Assembly (NCBI GenBank): GCA_965223265.1
Contig: OZ244999.1
Location: forward strand, 4,000,001 to 4,064,000
Direction: 5' to 3'
Origin: Planctomycetota bacterium
GTDB taxonomy: Bacteria; Planctomycetota; UBA8108; SXIK01
DNA: 64,000 nt
The position numbers and the translations under genes are program-made. The notes beneath the pieces were generated by a model. The model worked only from the letters and a program-made list of their open reading frames with translations, searched no databases and was not told the DNA's origin. Positions 1 through 10,016 of this stretch are shown in pieces (position 1 is the first letter of the stretch; every line of letters begins with the position of its first letter).

Positions 1-56
1 AGACGCTTTCTTGGCACGACGAGAACCTTCTGGGCATTCTTGTCCTCGGCTGTCAT
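1..56 (-). CDS. 5' end of a CDS running off the window (MTAEDKNAQKVLVVPRKR...), product uncertain
   Basis: ATG at 56-54 preceded by GGAGGAAGAG; frame open to the window edge. 'KVLVVPR' loosely recalls the start of YmaB-like NUDIX phosphoesterases, but only 18 codons are visible. Confidence 0.5.
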   Translation of the reverse strand, partial: MTAEDKNAQKVLVVPRKR

Positions 57-455
57 CTCTTCCTCCTTCCCTGCCTGCATGAACCTTCTGCCGCACCCGC
101 CCTCCGATAACGAACAGGCGCAGGGTGCCGCGAGCACTGGGAGCACCGCATCCGAAAACTCTCGCGCCGCGCTCTGAGGGCGGGGTCGAAGGCTCGCTCG
201 ACGCCCCCAGCCAGATGGAACCTCCAATCTCGAAAGGGCTTACAAACAATCGCTGCGTCCCGGACTCGCGAGCGCGTCATCTCGTCTGGCGCTGGGGCAG
301 GCGCCGGCCGGCAGGGCGAGGTTGCCGTCCCGTCGCCCCCGGTGCAGGTGCACTGGACGCTCGCCCGGCGGCATCCTACTCTTCCGTGACGACAGGAGCT
401 ACGACGACGTACCTGATAAGCACCCGCAGCCCAAACGGAGAAGCCAGGAACGATC

Positions 456-800
456 ATGGTTGAAGGAGTGACGGACACCAGCCAGCAGACGGTCGCCAGC
501 CGGGACCAACTCGCCGAAGTGGTTCATGCGGTCGTTTTCGAGAGCGGCCTCTTAACGCGGCAGATCCAGAGCCAGTTAGAAACGAGCCTCAAGTCCGTCG
601 TCAGCGAATACGTCAAGAACGATCTTTCGAAGGCAATGGGCGACACGGTGCAAAAGGCCGTGACGGACCTGCTCAACAGCGAAGAGATCAAGATGCTGAT
701 CGACAGCAAGTTTAGGGCAATCAATCTCTACCTGAAGACCGACGTGATTCCAAAGGTCGTCAAGCAGTGCCTCGCGCAGGAGGCCAAAAGAAAGAGCTGA
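456..800 (+). CDS. hypothetical helical protein (114 aa)
   Basis: Protein-like composition unlike the overlapping shadow frames; AGGA upstream; followed by an intrinsic terminator. Confidence 0.75.
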   Translation: MVEGVTDTSQQTVASRDQLAEVVHAVVFESGLLTRQIQSQLETSLKSVVSEYVKNDLSKAMGDTVQKAVTDLLNSEEIKMLIDSKFRAINLYLKTDVIPKVVKQCLAQEAKRKS

Positions 801-879
801 GAGCGCCCAATGGGCGCTCGCGCGGCGGGCAGGCCGCTGGGTCGACCAACCGAAACAAGGGGCACGAGCGAGGAGAAGG

Positions 880-905
880 ACCAGTCGAACGACTGGTTTT
901 TTTTT
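880..905 (+). terminator. intrinsic (rho-independent) terminator
   Basis: ACCAGTCG-AA-CGACTGGT hairpin running into a T tract (897-905). Confidence 0.75.
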
Positions 906-986
906 GCACACGTCACGTCACGCGAGTGGGCGTTCGGCACGCGTCGAGGGCCCGGCGCCGCTTGACTGACCATCTGCCCGCCCGGC

Positions 987-1883
987 TCAATCGCGGGGGA
1001 CGTCACGCAGCGCCCGCGTAAGGCCGCGACGCCAGTGCGGCATCTCGAGTCCAAGCCGCGCGAGGCGGCTGTTTTCGAGCACCGAATGCTCTGGGCGCCG
1101 CGCCCACTCGTCACGTTGCCGCGCTTCGTAGTAGGCCTCGGTCGTCGTCGGTCGGACTTCGACGTCCCACTCAAGCTGCGTGAAGATCTCGCGCGTGAAC
1201 CCATACCACGTCGTGGAGCCCTCACAACTTGCGTGGAATAGGCCTTCGATGTCCGGCTGATCGTTGACAATCCGCTCGACGAGCGTCGCCAAACTGAAAC
1301 AGTCGGTTGGCGTCCCTGTCTGATCATCGACGACGCTGAGCGGATCACCACCGCCGCGCCGCGAACGACCGAGCCTGGCCATCGTCGCGAGAAAGTTTCC
1401 CGTCTCGCCGCCGTAGAGCCATGCCGTGCGCAAAATGATCGATCGCACGGGATGAGCGAGAAGCCGCGCCTCGCCAGCGAGTTTCGAAGCCCCGTAGACG
1501 CTGACAGGGCCGGGATCGTCTTCTTCGACGTACGACCGCCGCGCTTCGACCGAAGCGAACGTTCCAGAGAAGACGTAGTCGGTGCTGAAGTGCACCATGC
1601 GAGCGCCGACTGCATGCGACGCATCAGCGACGAAGCCGACCGCAGCGTCATTGACTCGGTACGCGTTCTCCGAAGCTGTCTCCGCCTTGTCCACAGCCGT
1701 GTATGCAGCGCAGTTGAGCACCCATTCGGGGCGCGAATTGCGGACCGCTGCGTCGACGTGTCGGGCGTCGGTGATGTCAAGGTCCTCGAGACGCAGCGCA
1801 GCGACGTCATGACCACCTGCCACAAACTGCGCCGCCAGCACTTGCCCAAGCTGCCCACAGGCGCCCGTGATCAACACAGTCAC
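987..1883 (-). CDS. rfbD: dTDP-4-dehydrorhamnose reductase
   Basis: Motifs ITGACGQLG, NCAAYTAVDKAE, STDYVFSG, YGASKLAGE, VVDDQTGTPT; GAGGAGG RBS before a GTG start. Confidence 0.95.
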   Translation of the reverse strand: MTVLITGACGQLGQVLAAQFVAGGHDVAALRLEDLDITDARHVDAAVRNSRPEWVLNCAAYTAVDKAETASENAYRVNDAAVGFVADASHAVGARMVHFSTDYVFSGTFASVEARRSYVEEDDPGPVSVYGASKLAGEARLLAHPVRSIILRTAWLYGGETGNFLATMARLGRSRRGGGDPLSVVDDQTGTPTDCFSLATLVERIVNDQPDIEGLFHASCEGSTTWYGFTREIFTQLEWDVEVRPTTTEAYYEARQRDEWARRPEHSVLENSRLARLGLEMPHWRRGLTRALRDVPRD

Positions 1884-2129
1884 GACACTCTAACCTCCTC
1901 ATGCGTACACGAAAGAGAGATCGTACACGACGCCGGATCAATTGCGCGCAAAAACGCTGCGGCGTTTGGCAAAATCTCACTTGCCTGCTCGTTGACGCGC
2001 GAACTCGCGTCGATGTTCGGGCGCCGCCCGCACATTGGCGCGTGGACTTGTAGAAATCACACCAAGTCGGCACCTAAAATACAGCATCATGCGCACGACG
2101 ATTTCTGTCCCTCGCGAGTTGCGACGTCT

Positions 2130-4826
2130 ATGAGTCTTCGAGACAGCCAAGCTCCCCAGGCGAGTCGGCAAATCCGCCGGACCCGACGTTGCCTCTCGTG
2201 TGTTCTCTTCATTCCGCTCGCCGTGTCCGCGACGCGACTCGCTGCTTCGCCGCCGCCAAGTGCGCGGGCAGAGGACGACGCTCGCAAGACCGAACGGGTC
2301 GACTTTCACACCGACGTTCTCCCAATCCTCAACCGCCACTGTGTGCGCTGCCACGCGGGTGGCACGGCGCGCGGCGGTTTGAGCATGGAGACTCGGGAGC
2401 GCCTGCTGGCGGGAGGTGACTCAGGTGCGGCGGTCATCGTCGGACGCAGCCAGGAGTCCGTACTGATTGCGCGCGTCACAAGCGACGAAGAGGCGGACCG
2501 AATGCCGGCGGAAGGGGCCCGCCTGGCCGCGGCAGAGATCGCCGTGCTCAAAGCCTGGATCGATGAAGGACTTGTCTGGGAGGCCGGCATCAAGCTGAGC
2601 CGGCGGACCAAGCGCCGACCGCTACGACTTCAACCGCCGAAGCTGCCGCCGACGGTACAATCAGGAGCAACCCATCCGATCGACTGGCTGCTCGCGCCGT
2701 ACTTCGAGGCCCACGGAATCAGCCCCTCCGGTACGATCGACGACGGGGCGTTTGTTCGGCGCGTGATGCTCGATCTTCACGGCCTTCTACCCGACCCGGA
2801 AGCCGTCGACGCTTTTGCAGCAGACCTCGGTGCCAACAAACACGCGCGTCTGGTCGACGAGCTTCTTTCCAACTCCGAGCGCTACGCTGATCACTGGTTG
2901 ACGTTTTGGAGCGACGCTCTGCGCAACAGCTACCGCGGCACCGGGTTCATCGATCGCGGCCGCCTTCAGATCACTCGCTGGTTGTACGTAGCTCTTTTCA
3001 CCAACAAACCCTACGACCAGCTGGTTCGTGAACTCCTCGTCGCGGCGCCTGGCGCCGAAGGGTTCCTGCACGGAATCAAGTGGCGTGGAGTCGTGAACGC
3101 CAGTCAACGGCGCGAGATGCAGACGGTGCAGACGGTCAGCCAGGTATTTCTCGGTACAAACCTCAAGTGTGCTTCGTGCCACGACAGCTTCATCAATGAC
3201 TGGAAACTCTCAGACGCTTACGGTTTCGCAAACATTTTTGCCGCCGAGCGCCTTGAGACCCACCGCTGTGACAAACCGACCGGCGCGTCTGTGTCGCCGC
3301 GCTTCATCTTTCCAGAGCTCGGCGACATCGAAGCGGATGCTCCACGCACCCAGCGGATCCAGCAGCTCGCGGACCTCATCACCGACCAGCGTAACGGTCG
3401 GCTGGCGCGGACGATCGTCAACCGCCTATGGGGCATTTTCTTCGGTCGCGCCATCGTCGCGTCCGTGGACGACGTCGACGCGGAACCGTTCCACCCACCG
3501 CTTCTCGAGTGGCTCGCGGCAGACTTCGTCGAACATGGGTACGATCTCAAACACACCATGCGACGCATTTGCACGTCGCGCATCTACCGCCAGGTGGCAG
3601 CAGGATTTCCGCGGCCCGACGCAGCCCGCGGCGCGTTTCGCGGCCCGCTCGTCAAACGCATGCACGCCGAAGTGTTCGTTGACGCAGTGTCGATGCTAAC
3701 GGGCGCTTGGCAAGAGGAGACGACGGAGACGCTACTCGTCGACGGCCGCGGACAGGGTGGGCAAGCCGCCGCGATCTTCGACGTTCGGCGCCAACACGCA
3801 CCGCCAACGACCGAGGCACCCACCTTCGTCGCGGGACAGGTTGGGAGCGCGTTGGAGCTCGACGGAGCGTCGTTGAACGTCCTACGAGCGGCGCACGACG
3901 AGAGGCTGACGCCGAGCGCCGCTCTGACGATCGCCCTGTGGGTGCGGGCAGATGCGGCACCGCCGTGGGTAGAACTTTATCGCAAGCCGGATGCCGGCGG
4001 CGGCCATCTGATAGCGCTCGGCGACAGCCGAAACGTCTACGGCCTTCACGTGCATCTCGGAATCGATGGTCGTGCGCGGTCTAAGAATGCGCCTGTAAAG
4101 AAAGAGCTCATCACCGACGGTGCGTTTCATCACATCGGCGTGACCTACGACGGCGAGGTCATGAGACTCTTTTTCGATGGCAAGGAGGTCGGCACTAGGG
4201 AGGTGAAAGGCTCACTCCAGCAGCGCGAGTCGCATCCGGCGACAATCGGTTCGCTACTCGACGGCGCCGTCGATGACGTGCGCATCTATGACGTGGCGCT
4301 CAATCACGATCAGATGCAAGAACTGGCTGCGGTGGACACGACAGACGTGGCGCCAAGTCCCAAAGCGAGTCAGCCGCTACCGCGCGCTCACTGGCGACTC
4401 GATGGCAGCATCGATTGCGACCCTCGAGACGTGGTCACGACCGCGGTCGGGGCGGGAGTGAAACGGCCAAACCTGCGCGCCGCTCACGTCGATGCCGACG
4501 CGCTCATGCGCAGCCTCGGGCGCCCCCACCGCGAACAAGTCGTCACGCGGCGCGAACCGCTGGCTACGACGCTGCAGGCCATCGAACTCACGAACGGCGA
4601 GATTCTCGATCAGATGCTTCGGCGCGGCGGCACCCACTGGGCAGAGCGCAAGCTCGAGCGCGGAGATCTTCTCCGCGACCTCTATCGACATGCGCTGGGG
4701 CGTGTCCCAACCGCCGACGAGGTGCAGGTCGCGAGCGACATTCTCGACGCGAGCTCAGCGGCCGATGGCATCGCAGATTTACTTTGGATCCTTGTGATGT
4801 TGCCGGAGTTTCAGTTAGTGAATTGA
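2130..4826 (+). CDS. planctomycete cytochrome c (PSCyt1)/DUF1549/DUF1553 (PSD1) protein with an inserted LamG-like domain
   Basis: VDFHTDVLPILNRHCVRCH and NLKCASCHD heme motifs; HPID...RRVMLDLHGLLP; ARTIVNRLW...HPPLLEWLA; LamG-like FHHIGVTYDG...GAVDDVRIYDVAL. Start moved to ATG 2130 because the upstream part of the ORF is antisense to rfbD. Confidence 0.85.
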   Translation: MSLRDSQAPQASRQIRRTRRCLSCVLFIPLAVSATRLAASPPPSARAEDDARKTERVDFHTDVLPILNRHCVRCHAGGTARGGLSMETRERLLAGGDSGAAVIVGRSQESVLIARVTSDEEADRMPAEGARLAAAEIAVLKAWIDEGLVWEAGIKLSRRTKRRPLRLQPPKLPPTVQSGATHPIDWLLAPYFEAHGISPSGTIDDGAFVRRVMLDLHGLLPDPEAVDAFAADLGANKHARLVDELLSNSERYADHWLTFWSDALRNSYRGTGFIDRGRLQITRWLYVALFTNKPYDQLVRELLVAAPGAEGFLHGIKWRGVVNASQRREMQTVQTVSQVFLGTNLKCASCHDSFINDWKLSDAYGFANIFAAERLETHRCDKPTGASVSPRFIFPELGDIEADAPRTQRIQQLADLITDQRNGRLARTIVNRLWGIFFGRAIVASVDDVDAEPFHPPLLEWLAADFVEHGYDLKHTMRRICTSRIYRQVAAGFPRPDAARGAFRGPLVKRMHAEVFVDAVSMLTGAWQEETTETLLVDGRGQGGQAAAIFDVRRQHAPPTTEAPTFVAGQVGSALELDGASLNVLRAAHDERLTPSAALTIALWVRADAAPPWVELYRKPDAGGGHLIALGDSRNVYGLHVHLGIDGRARSKNAPVKKELITDGAFHHIGVTYDGEVMRLFFDGKEVGTREVKGSLQQRESHPATIGSLLDGAVDDVRIYDVALNHDQMQELAAVDTTDVAPSPKASQPLPRAHWRLDGSIDCDPRDVVTTAVGAGVKRPNLRAAHVDADALMRSLGRPHREQVVTRREPLATTLQAIELTNGEILDQMLRRGGTHWAERKLERGDLLRDLYRHALGRVPTADEVQVASDILDASSAADGIADLLWILVMLPEFQLVN

Positions 4827-4893
4827 CACTCTCAAGACTATATCGTGCAGTGGTGCGCGAGTAGATCAGCAAAGCCGAATCCCAAAAGAAGAG

Positions 4894-6351
4894 ATGAACG
4901 ACGACAGAGCAGACCGCAGCGAGCCAACCAGTCGACGAGGCTTTCTCAAGTCCATGAGCGCCGCGGCGCTGGCGGCTCTGGCAACCGACGGCGGCCGGGC
5001 TCCTCAAGCCTTTGAGTCGCGAGCCACGAAGTCGACACGCCCCGAGCCCGCCGCTGACACCATCATCCTGCTGTGGATGGCAGGAGGAATGTGTCACACC
5101 GAGACCTTCGACCCAAAGCGCTACACGCCGTTCAGACGCGGAATGAGAGCGGCGGACGTCTGTAGCACGTTTCCCGCAATCGACACTGTCGTCGACGACA
5201 TCAAGTTGAGCGAGGGCTTGGAAGAGATCGCGAGCGTGGCCGACCGGATCACACTGGTGCGCTCCCACGTGCTCGGAGACCTCGGCACGATCCTTCACAG
5301 TCGCCACCAGTATCATTGGCATACCGGATACGAACCTCCTCTGACAGTCGCCGCGCCGCACATCGGAGCCTGGGTCGCACGCCTTCTTGGTCCACGCGAT
5401 GCTGCAGTCCCGCCTTTCATCGAAATCGGTCAGCCCCTCGCTGGAAACGGCGAAGCAGAAGAGCTCAAGGCGTTTCTGACGGCGGGGTTCCTCGGCGGCG
5501 AGTTCGGTCCGTTTCGTGTACCGCGGCCACTGGACGCAGTCCAGGCCGTCCGCCCTCCGCCCGGCATGGACGTCAAGCGCTTTCGGGCACGCCAGCAAGC
5601 ATACAAGCGTGCACTTGAGGCAAGCCCAGCGTTCGCAGCAGCGAGCGACTACCAGCGAGAATCCCTACTGCGCGCTACCGATAACGCCTATCGACTCCTG
5701 AGCTCACCCGCTGCGAAGGCATTCGATCTAACGCTGGAACCTGAAGCCTCGTTGAGCCGATACAACACCGGCCACTTCGGACTCGGATGTCTTCTCGCGC
5801 GTCGACTCACTGAAGTGGGGGCACGGTTCATCGAAGTCTCCAGCGAGTACGTACCGTTTCTCGGGTGGGATCAACACGACAACGGCCACACCCGCCTGCG
5901 GCAGATGAAACGTGTCATCGACGCGCCGATCGCGCAGTTGATCCGCGACCTCGAGAGCCGCGGCCTTCTCGATCGCACGCTCATCGTGCTCGCCAGCGAA
6001 TTCAGCCGCAGCGTCCTCGTCGAGGGCAAGGCCGAACGACCGGTCGATAACGCCGTGACGCAGGCCCCCGTGATCGAAGAGCTGGCACAGTTCGGCATGC
6101 ACCGCCATTTCACCGGTGCCAGCAGCGTTCTCCTCGCCGGTGGCGGAGTCAAGCGCGGGTTTCTGTACGGGCGAACGAGCGACGAGCAGCCGGCGACAAC
6201 GCTGGAGAACCCGATCTCGGTGTCAGACCTCCACGCGACGATCTTCAAGGCCGTCGGCATCAGCGCTAACACGAGCCTCGAGATCGAGCAGCGCCCCTTT
6301 TACGTCACAAAGGATGGCAAGGGCGAACCACGCGACGCGCTGTTCGCATGA
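4894..6351 (+). CDS. DUF1501 family protein with Tat signal
   Basis: SRRGFLK Tat motif; IILLWMAGGMCHTETFDPK, GCLLARRLTEVGARFIEV, GWDQH, SEFSR, DLHATI. Confidence 0.9.
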   Translation: MNDDRADRSEPTSRRGFLKSMSAAALAALATDGGRAPQAFESRATKSTRPEPAADTIILLWMAGGMCHTETFDPKRYTPFRRGMRAADVCSTFPAIDTVVDDIKLSEGLEEIASVADRITLVRSHVLGDLGTILHSRHQYHWHTGYEPPLTVAAPHIGAWVARLLGPRDAAVPPFIEIGQPLAGNGEAEELKAFLTAGFLGGEFGPFRVPRPLDAVQAVRPPPGMDVKRFRARQQAYKRALEASPAFAAASDYQRESLLRATDNAYRLLSSPAAKAFDLTLEPEASLSRYNTGHFGLGCLLARRLTEVGARFIEVSSEYVPFLGWDQHDNGHTRLRQMKRVIDAPIAQLIRDLESRGLLDRTLIVLASEFSRSVLVEGKAERPVDNAVTQAPVIEELAQFGMHRHFTGASSVLLAGGGVKRGFLYGRTSDEQPATTLENPISVSDLHATIFKAVGISANTSLEIEQRPFYVTKDGKGEPRDALFA

Positions 6352-6376
6352 CACTCTCTCTTGCGCGCGACGGCCG

Positions 6377-7003
6377 TCACTTCCGAGTGCGGCGTGCGAG
6401 CAGCTGCTCCAGCTTGGTGTGTCGTTGCGGCTGCCACGCAAGTCCAAGCTTGGCGAACGTTGCCTGCAGCTGAGCCGCGACGCTCGCAGCCTCCAGGCTC
6501 GACGAGACCTCCACTTCGAGCTCGAAAATCTCGCCGTTCTCAGCGAATGAAACGCGATCGAACTCTAGTCGTAGCCCGCCCATGAGCTTCTCCGTGCGCG
6601 CGGTCGTCATGCTACCGATCTCTTCGACGCTCAGTCGCTCGTAGCGCTCTTTGAGCAGCTGGACAGCGGGCACCTGAAGTGAATAGAGCAGCGACGGTGT
6701 CGCGCGGAGGGACTCCGCTCTCTGGGCGTCCAACTCGCTCTCGAGCTCGATCGAGTCGAAGAAACCTGCCGCGGCCTCACGCCCGACCTTGACGCACAGA
6801 ACCGCGGCCGCCCGCCCCACCTCGCTGCGTAACCGAACCACCGCGCGATCTCGCGCCAGCCGTAGATCTGACGTATCGAAGTAGGTGCTGGTGAATTCTC
6901 GCCGGCGGCAAAACTCTCCAAGCTCCGGCGCCGACAATGCACGCGCGAAAGCTCGCTGATCGGGAAAGAACACCTTGAGCTCTCGTTCTCGAGGCAGGCT
7001 CAA
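6377..7003 (-). CDS. CYTH (triphosphate tunnel metalloenzyme) domain protein
   Basis: N-terminal ERELK (ExExK), STYFDT.DLRL, LRLR-like VRLR, ELEVE. TTG start overlaps the Nudix stop codon. Confidence 0.8.
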   Translation of the reverse strand: MSLPRERELKVFFPDQRAFARALSAPELGEFCRRREFTSTYFDTSDLRLARDRAVVRLRSEVGRAAAVLCVKVGREAAAGFFDSIELESELDAQRAESLRATPSLLYSLQVPAVQLLKERYERLSVEEIGSMTTARTEKLMGGLRLEFDRVSFAENGEIFELEVEVSSSLEAASVAAQLQATFAKLGLAWQPQRHTKLEQLLARRTRK

Positions 7004-7404
7004 CGTGCCGCCTCCTGCCGCTCGGCAAAACGCTGGATCAACTCGCGGTTCGCCTCAGGTGTGGACATTTCAAGAAGATCGCTCCAGCGCACCCAGAGAA
7101 TCTCCTGCCCCTCTACCCCGCGAGGCTCGCCACGCGCAGCCGTGACGCGAAAGAAGTGCAGGCGCACAGATCGCGCTTCGTACGCGAACTCAACCACCCC
7201 AATCTCGGCGCACTCGCCCGCTTCCACCGCCACCTCCTCCCACAGTTCCCGGCGCAGAGCGTGCTCGGCGGGCTCTCCCGGGCGCAGCTTGCCACCGGGA
7301 AACTCCCACACGCCTTCGAGGTGTCCTTTTGGAGGACGCCGAGCGACCAGGACCTTTCCGTCTCGCTCAAGTATCGCAACTGCGACCTCAACTGGTTGCT
7401 GCAT
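7000..7404 (-). CDS. mutT: MutT-like Nudix (d)NTP pyrophosphohydrolase
   Basis: WEFPGGK and Nudix box GKLRPGEPAEHALRRELWEEVAV; AGGAGA RBS before ATG 7404. Confidence 0.8.
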   Translation of the reverse strand: MQQPVEVAVAILERDGKVLVARRPPKGHLEGVWEFPGGKLRPGEPAEHALRRELWEEVAVEAGECAEIGVVEFAYEARSVRLHFFRVTAARGEPRGVEGQEILWVRWSDLLEMSTPEANRELIQRFAERQEAAR

Positions 7405-7539
7405 TCTCCTGTCACTCTTTGGAGGGGACCGAGTGCGGTTTCTTGAATCGCCCGACAACGACGAACCAATGAATTCAGCAGGCGATAGCGAAGAGCCCTG
7501 CCATATAGGCTCCGTCAGCTGCCGGCGCCGCCGGACTGT

Positions 7540-8115
7540 TCAGCTTCGCCGAATCAAGCCCATGACCTCGTTGCGCGTCGCGATGTTGCGTCGGAAGAGT
7601 CCACGCATGGCTGAGGTGATCACGCAACTTCCCGGCTTCTTGACGCCGCGAATGGTCATGCACGAGTGCGACGCCTCGAGGATGACCGCGACTCCCCGCG
7701 GCTCGGCAACCGACTCGATCAAGTCGGCAACTTGATTCGTCAAACGTTCCTGAACTTGCGGGCGCTTGGCAAACGCGTCAACGGCTCGCGCGAGCTTGGA
7801 GATGCCAAGAACCTTGCCAGTGGGCATATAGGCGGTGTGCGCTACGCCGGAGAACGGCAAGAGATGGTGCTCGCACATTGACGAAAACGGAATGTCTTTG
7901 ACGAGGACGACCTCGTCGTAGTCTTCCGTGAAAATCGTCTTGATCTCACTGCTAGGATCGCGGTGCAGGCCGGCGAACACCTCCTCGTACATGCGCGCGA
8001 TCCGCGCGGGAGTTTCGGCAAGCCCCTCGCGGTCTGGGTCTTCGCCGATGGCCTCGAGGATCATCCGAGCGGCGTGTTCGAGTTTGTCGCGATCAAATCG
8101 CGATGCGTCACTCAT
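7540..8115 (-). CDS. folE: GTP cyclohydrolase I
   Basis: [50 protein letters not shown]. Confidence 0.97.
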   Translation of the reverse strand: MSDASRFDRDKLEHAARMILEAIGEDPDREGLAETPARIARMYEEVFAGLHRDPSSEIKTIFTEDYDEVVLVKDIPFSSMCEHHLLPFSGVAHTAYMPTGKVLGISKLARAVDAFAKRPQVQERLTNQVADLIESVAEPRGVAVILEASHSCMTIRGVKKPGSCVITSAMRGLFRRNIATRNEVMGLIRRS

Positions 8116-8915
8116 GATGCGTCCAGCTCGAGGCGACCTGACTGTTTGAAGAAAGTGACTGGGTTACTCCACACAACCTTGCTAATTTCGTCGTCGCTGA
8201 AGCCGCGGCGGCGCATCTCCAGAACGGTCTTCGGGACCATGAGCGGATCACTGGGCCCCCAGTCACATGAGCTATTGATGAGCATCTTTTCGAGACCGTG
8301 CTTCTCGAGAATATTCACCGCACGTTCAGGCGACAGTTTGGTGACCGGGTAGACCGTGTGTCCCGACCAGCAGCCAGACTCGCGCGAATACTTGATGGTC
8401 TCCTCCGTGTTGTGATCGATGATCACCTTCTCCGGTGGAAAACCTACCGCATTCATGATCTCAAGCGTACGGAGGGTGCCTTTCAGTTTTTCCACGTGCG
8501 GCGTGTGCACGATCACGGGCAGATCAGCTTCGCGTGCGATCTCAAACTGCCGACGAATCGACTCCGCTTCTTCATCGGTGATCTGATCGAAGCCGATTTC
8601 GCCAACGGCGACGACGCTGCTTCGATCGAGCCAACTGGGCATCTCTTTGAGCACTTCGTCACGCAGCGCGACGTTGTTCGACTCGCTGGGATTCACGGCG
8701 ATCGCGCAGTAGTGATCGATGAGATAGTTCGCCGCACGATCACGCTCGAAATTCGAAATGTGGTCGAAGTAGTCGTAAAAGGTACCCGCCCGCTTGCGGG
8801 GTTCCCCTAACCAAAACGCGGGCTCGACGACCGCGCGAACGCCGCACAGGGCCATCTTCTCATAGTCGTCGGTAACCCGCGAGATCATGTGGCAGTGCGG
8901 GTCAAAAATCTTCAT
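8112..8915 (-). CDS. TatD-family metal-dependent hydrolase (EboB-like)
   Basis: [44 protein letters not shown]; ATGA overlap with folE. Confidence 0.85.
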   Translation of the reverse strand: MKIFDPHCHMISRVTDDYEKMALCGVRAVVEPAFWLGEPRKRAGTFYDYFDHISNFERDRAANYLIDHYCAIAVNPSESNNVALRDEVLKEMPSWLDRSSVVAVGEIGFDQITDEEAESIRRQFEIAREADLPVIVHTPHVEKLKGTLRTLEIMNAVGFPPEKVIIDHNTEETIKYSRESGCWSGHTVYPVTKLSPERAVNILEKHGLEKMLINSSCDWGPSDPLMVPKTVLEMRRRGFSDDEISKVVWSNPVTFFKQSGRLELDAS

Positions 8916-9247
8916 GCATGCCTCTCAAATCAAAACGGCCGCCGCGAGGCCTGTTTGGGCGCTAGATGCGTCGCATGAGGCGCAGGTTCCAGCCCGCGCG
9001 TCAACTCTCAACAGAACTCGCAACAGAAAAACTTGTAACGGTGACTCGCAAGGGAGACTCGCGCGGTGGTTCTCGAAAAGAGGAGGTCCAACGGCGACTC
9101 CGACGATCACTTTCGGCGGCGCGGATGGATGAACGCGGTGTAGAAGAACACTGTAAGAATCACCGCACCGCACGCTCGCTTTCTCCAAGTGTGCCGCGGT
9201 TTTCACCTCGCCGCAACGCACAATCTGTCGTCCTCCCGACCATCCAC

Positions 9248-9796
9248 CTACGAGAACTTCTCCAGCCAAGAGCGCCGAGGTTTCTTGTACTTCTCCTCGA
9301 GGCCAAGATAGAACCCTCGGTGCGCATTGTTCTGTGGGAAGCCCCGGTAGATCGACTGACACAGGTAGCAGACGGTCACGTTCCGCAGGCACCGATAAAT
9401 CACCCAATCAACGGCGGCCACAGCGAGCAGGAGCACCACGCCCAAACGGTGATCCTGCGTCAGCAACATGACGAGAAAAATGAAACCCGCCGACAGCAGC
9501 ACGATGAAGAGGCCCAGCTGGCGGTTGAAATCCTTTTGAATATAGAACTCGTCAGCGCCGCAGACCCAGCATTGGCTGACAACAGCGTCATGACGAGGCC
9601 GGTGGGTAACGCCGTCGCTCTGAGCTCCGCAGTGAAGGCATCGCCAAGTGTCAGCTTCGTCGCCGGGGTCTCCCGTCGCCTTCGATGCAAACCGGATCCG
9701 GTCGTCGCCGCCGACCACGGCAAACGACTCTCGTTCACATCGCGGGCAGCTGACCTGAATCGAGGCACAAGTGGGCGTGGTCGCGGTTTTGCTCAT
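9248..9796 (-). CDS. hypothetical membrane protein with four CxxC pairs (Zn-ribbon-like)
   Basis: CPRC, CLHC, CWVC and CYLC around two hydrophobic helices. Confidence 0.75.
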   Translation of the reverse strand: MSKTATTPTCASIQVSCPRCERESFAVVGGDDRIRFASKATGDPGDEADTWRCLHCGAQSDGVTHRPRHDAVVSQCWVCGADEFYIQKDFNRQLGLFIVLLSAGFIFLVMLLTQDHRLGVVLLLAVAAVDWVIYRCLRNVTVCYLCQSIYRGFPQNNAHRGFYLGLEEKYKKPRRSWLEKFS

Positions 9797-10016
9797 GGTC
9801 GAGATTCCGGGGTCGTCAGACGTCTCTCTAACTCATACGGCGGGCGTGGCGGATGGCAGCATCGACTCTCCGTATGTATGTACGTATCGGCGCGCGGGAA
9901 TCTCTGCCTCTGTCGCCGTCTCCGTGCCTTGGCTCAGAATTCCGCTGGAATTCTCCTGCCCGTCTTTGTGTGAGGCTACCTTTTGCGGTTGTTTTTGATC
10001 TCTGCGGGCTGAGCCA

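Noticed and set aside
203-298. Hairpin in the first intergenic region as a possible ncRNA
   Set aside because: Only a short imperfect GC-rich pairing; no recognisable family motif.
1452-2129. N-terminal extension of the 1124-aa ORF
   Set aside because: Overlaps rfbD antisense and the divergent intergenic region; signal-like and domain sequence begins only after ATG 2130.
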